64,000 nt of DNA from Paragordius varius (taxonomy: Eukaryota > Animalia > Nematomorpha), in contig OZ176054.1 of NCBI GenBank assembly GCA_964247055.1, positions 12,710,001 through 12,774,000 of the forward strand, given 5' to 3'. The position numbers were made by a program, and so were the translations under genes. The notes under the pieces are model-generated. The model saw only the letters and a list, made by a program, of their open reading frames with translations, was not told the DNA's origin and searched no databases. This document shows, in pieces, positions 62,626 to 64,000 of this stretch; the stretch's first letter is position 1, and every line of letters starts with the position of its first letter.

Positions 62626-63375
62626 ATTTATAAACTACTATTAGTATAATAAATATTATATTACCTTAATTTTCTGTGATAAACGTGTAAGGTACCGATT
62701 TGTGGTATCAATTTGTCTTTTAATCTAGAGATTTGTGGTATTAACTTGGCTTTTTGATAATAATGACAGTAGTAGTAGGAAGTATAGTGTATAATCACAT
62801 GATATAAATTCGAAAAAAATAAATATTTTCAATTTAAAATAAAAAATTTTAATTTAAAATTGAATAGATTTTAAAGATATTTAATGATAAAAAATTTAAA
62901 CGGACAAAAAAATTTATTTGTATTAAAAAATTTTTTTTTATATAATCGTGAAAAAGCGGGACATTTAAAAACGTAGCAGGAAGCGGGACAAAGTGTGAAA
63001 AAGCGGGACTGTCCCGCCAAAAGCGGGACGTCTGGTCACCTTATGCATACATATAAGTTTGTTTTTATATTTTATCTTTATTTTTAGGTTATAGTCAAAC
63101 AAATGCAATAATTTTTAATGGATACCTATATTATTGTCAAAATAATATTATTTTTAAGAAATTAACTAAAAACTATCAATTTGCTTTCATCTTATACAAA
63201 TTATAAATATTTGACATTGTGTCAAATGCCGACCTCAAAATACGAATATGAATATATATATATATTGTTTTATGCCACATGTATTTAAAGAAAACTCTGA
63301 ATTTCGCAAAATGTTGTTTAAAGCTTTTATTCAATCAATGTTTACTGATTTATAATGTTTATTAGCTCGTTATAG

Positions 63376-63717
63376 ATGTAATTGAGGCCCATCGATGTAA
63401 TATAGATTTGATTAGTCTAAAAACCGGGAGATTAGAAAAATTTGACATGTCATCAATCGAATCGGTATATTCCAATTTCTACTTATGTTGTAGACTTGCA
63501 TAAATATTTATTATTATCCATTTAGGGATTGAAGATTATAATTCAAAAGGGGGGAAAGATACAATTTATCAAGGGTGATTATAATAATAGAAGTAGTTTG
63601 TTGTTACCCAATGTTTTTCCATCTCAACTCATTTGTTATGGATCAGATGCAGATATAAGACCATATGTTCGAGATTTTATACCTGTTAGAATTACGCGAA
63701 AAATACTTGACTGTTGA
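63376..63717 (+). CDS. Candidate last two exons (63376-63464, 63526-63717) of an unidentified gene
   Basis: In-phase 61-nt GT-AG intron and coding-like composition: VIEAHRCNIDLISLKTGRLEKFDMSSIES-GLKIIIQKGGKIQF...RITRKILDC*. Confidence 0.4.
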
Positions 63718-64000
63718 TATCATATATAGTAATACTTTGTTTTAACAAAGTATTACTATATATTTGTATGTTTCTTGCTAAAGATGGTTATTATTATAAA
63801 TATTGCTAATAAAGAAAACTATGGAATATCATCAATTGCTTAAAATATATTCTTACTCTTATGAGGTGCAAACAACATTATTTTTCAAAGAACACTGTAT
63901 AAACTTTAACGAAGGATATATTGTATAGCATGGTTTACTAGAGTGTTTAAAGTAAAATTGGGACATGGTAAGAAAATTGTCTTAAAACTGGATAAAATTA

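Larger units (their letters stand above)
59745..63043 (-). mobile_element. hAT (Blackjack-type) DNA transposon
   Basis: TIRs TAAGGTGACCAGA / TCTGGTCACCTTA. Perfect 8-bp TSD TGCATACA. Subterminal AAAAGCGGGAC repeats. Confidence 0.92.

Overview
AT-rich eukaryotic (probably invertebrate animal) genomic DNA dominated by transposable elements. I found no rRNA, tRNA or CRISPR features. One host gene is recognisable: a 6-exon NSDHL-like sterol C4-decarboxylase (659-4253, +), whose first intron is only 25 nt. There are three intact non-LTR retrotransposon ORFs. (1) A full-length RTE element (5094-8623, -) with a PHD-type finger, a 12-bp TSD and a minimal HDV-like ribozyme whose predicted cleavage site is exactly the element's 5' end. 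(2) A Utopia-type (RT + restriction-like endonuclease) element inserted in the branch-point-recognition region of a U2 snRNA gene (17253-21946). It is followed by a second, decayed U2/Utopia unit with an antisense Utopia fragment. (3) A second RTE ORF (53865-56759, -). The window also holds a Penelope-like fragment with a hammerhead-like motif carrying a G3-C8 swap, about 10 copies of a TTAA-flanked piggyBac-like MITE, nested hAT elements, a composite non-autonomous Helitron, a 3.3-kb foldback palindrome, and a Blackjack-type hAT containing a decayed inverted copy of its own transposase. All calls are from manual reading; no database searches or folding programs were run.
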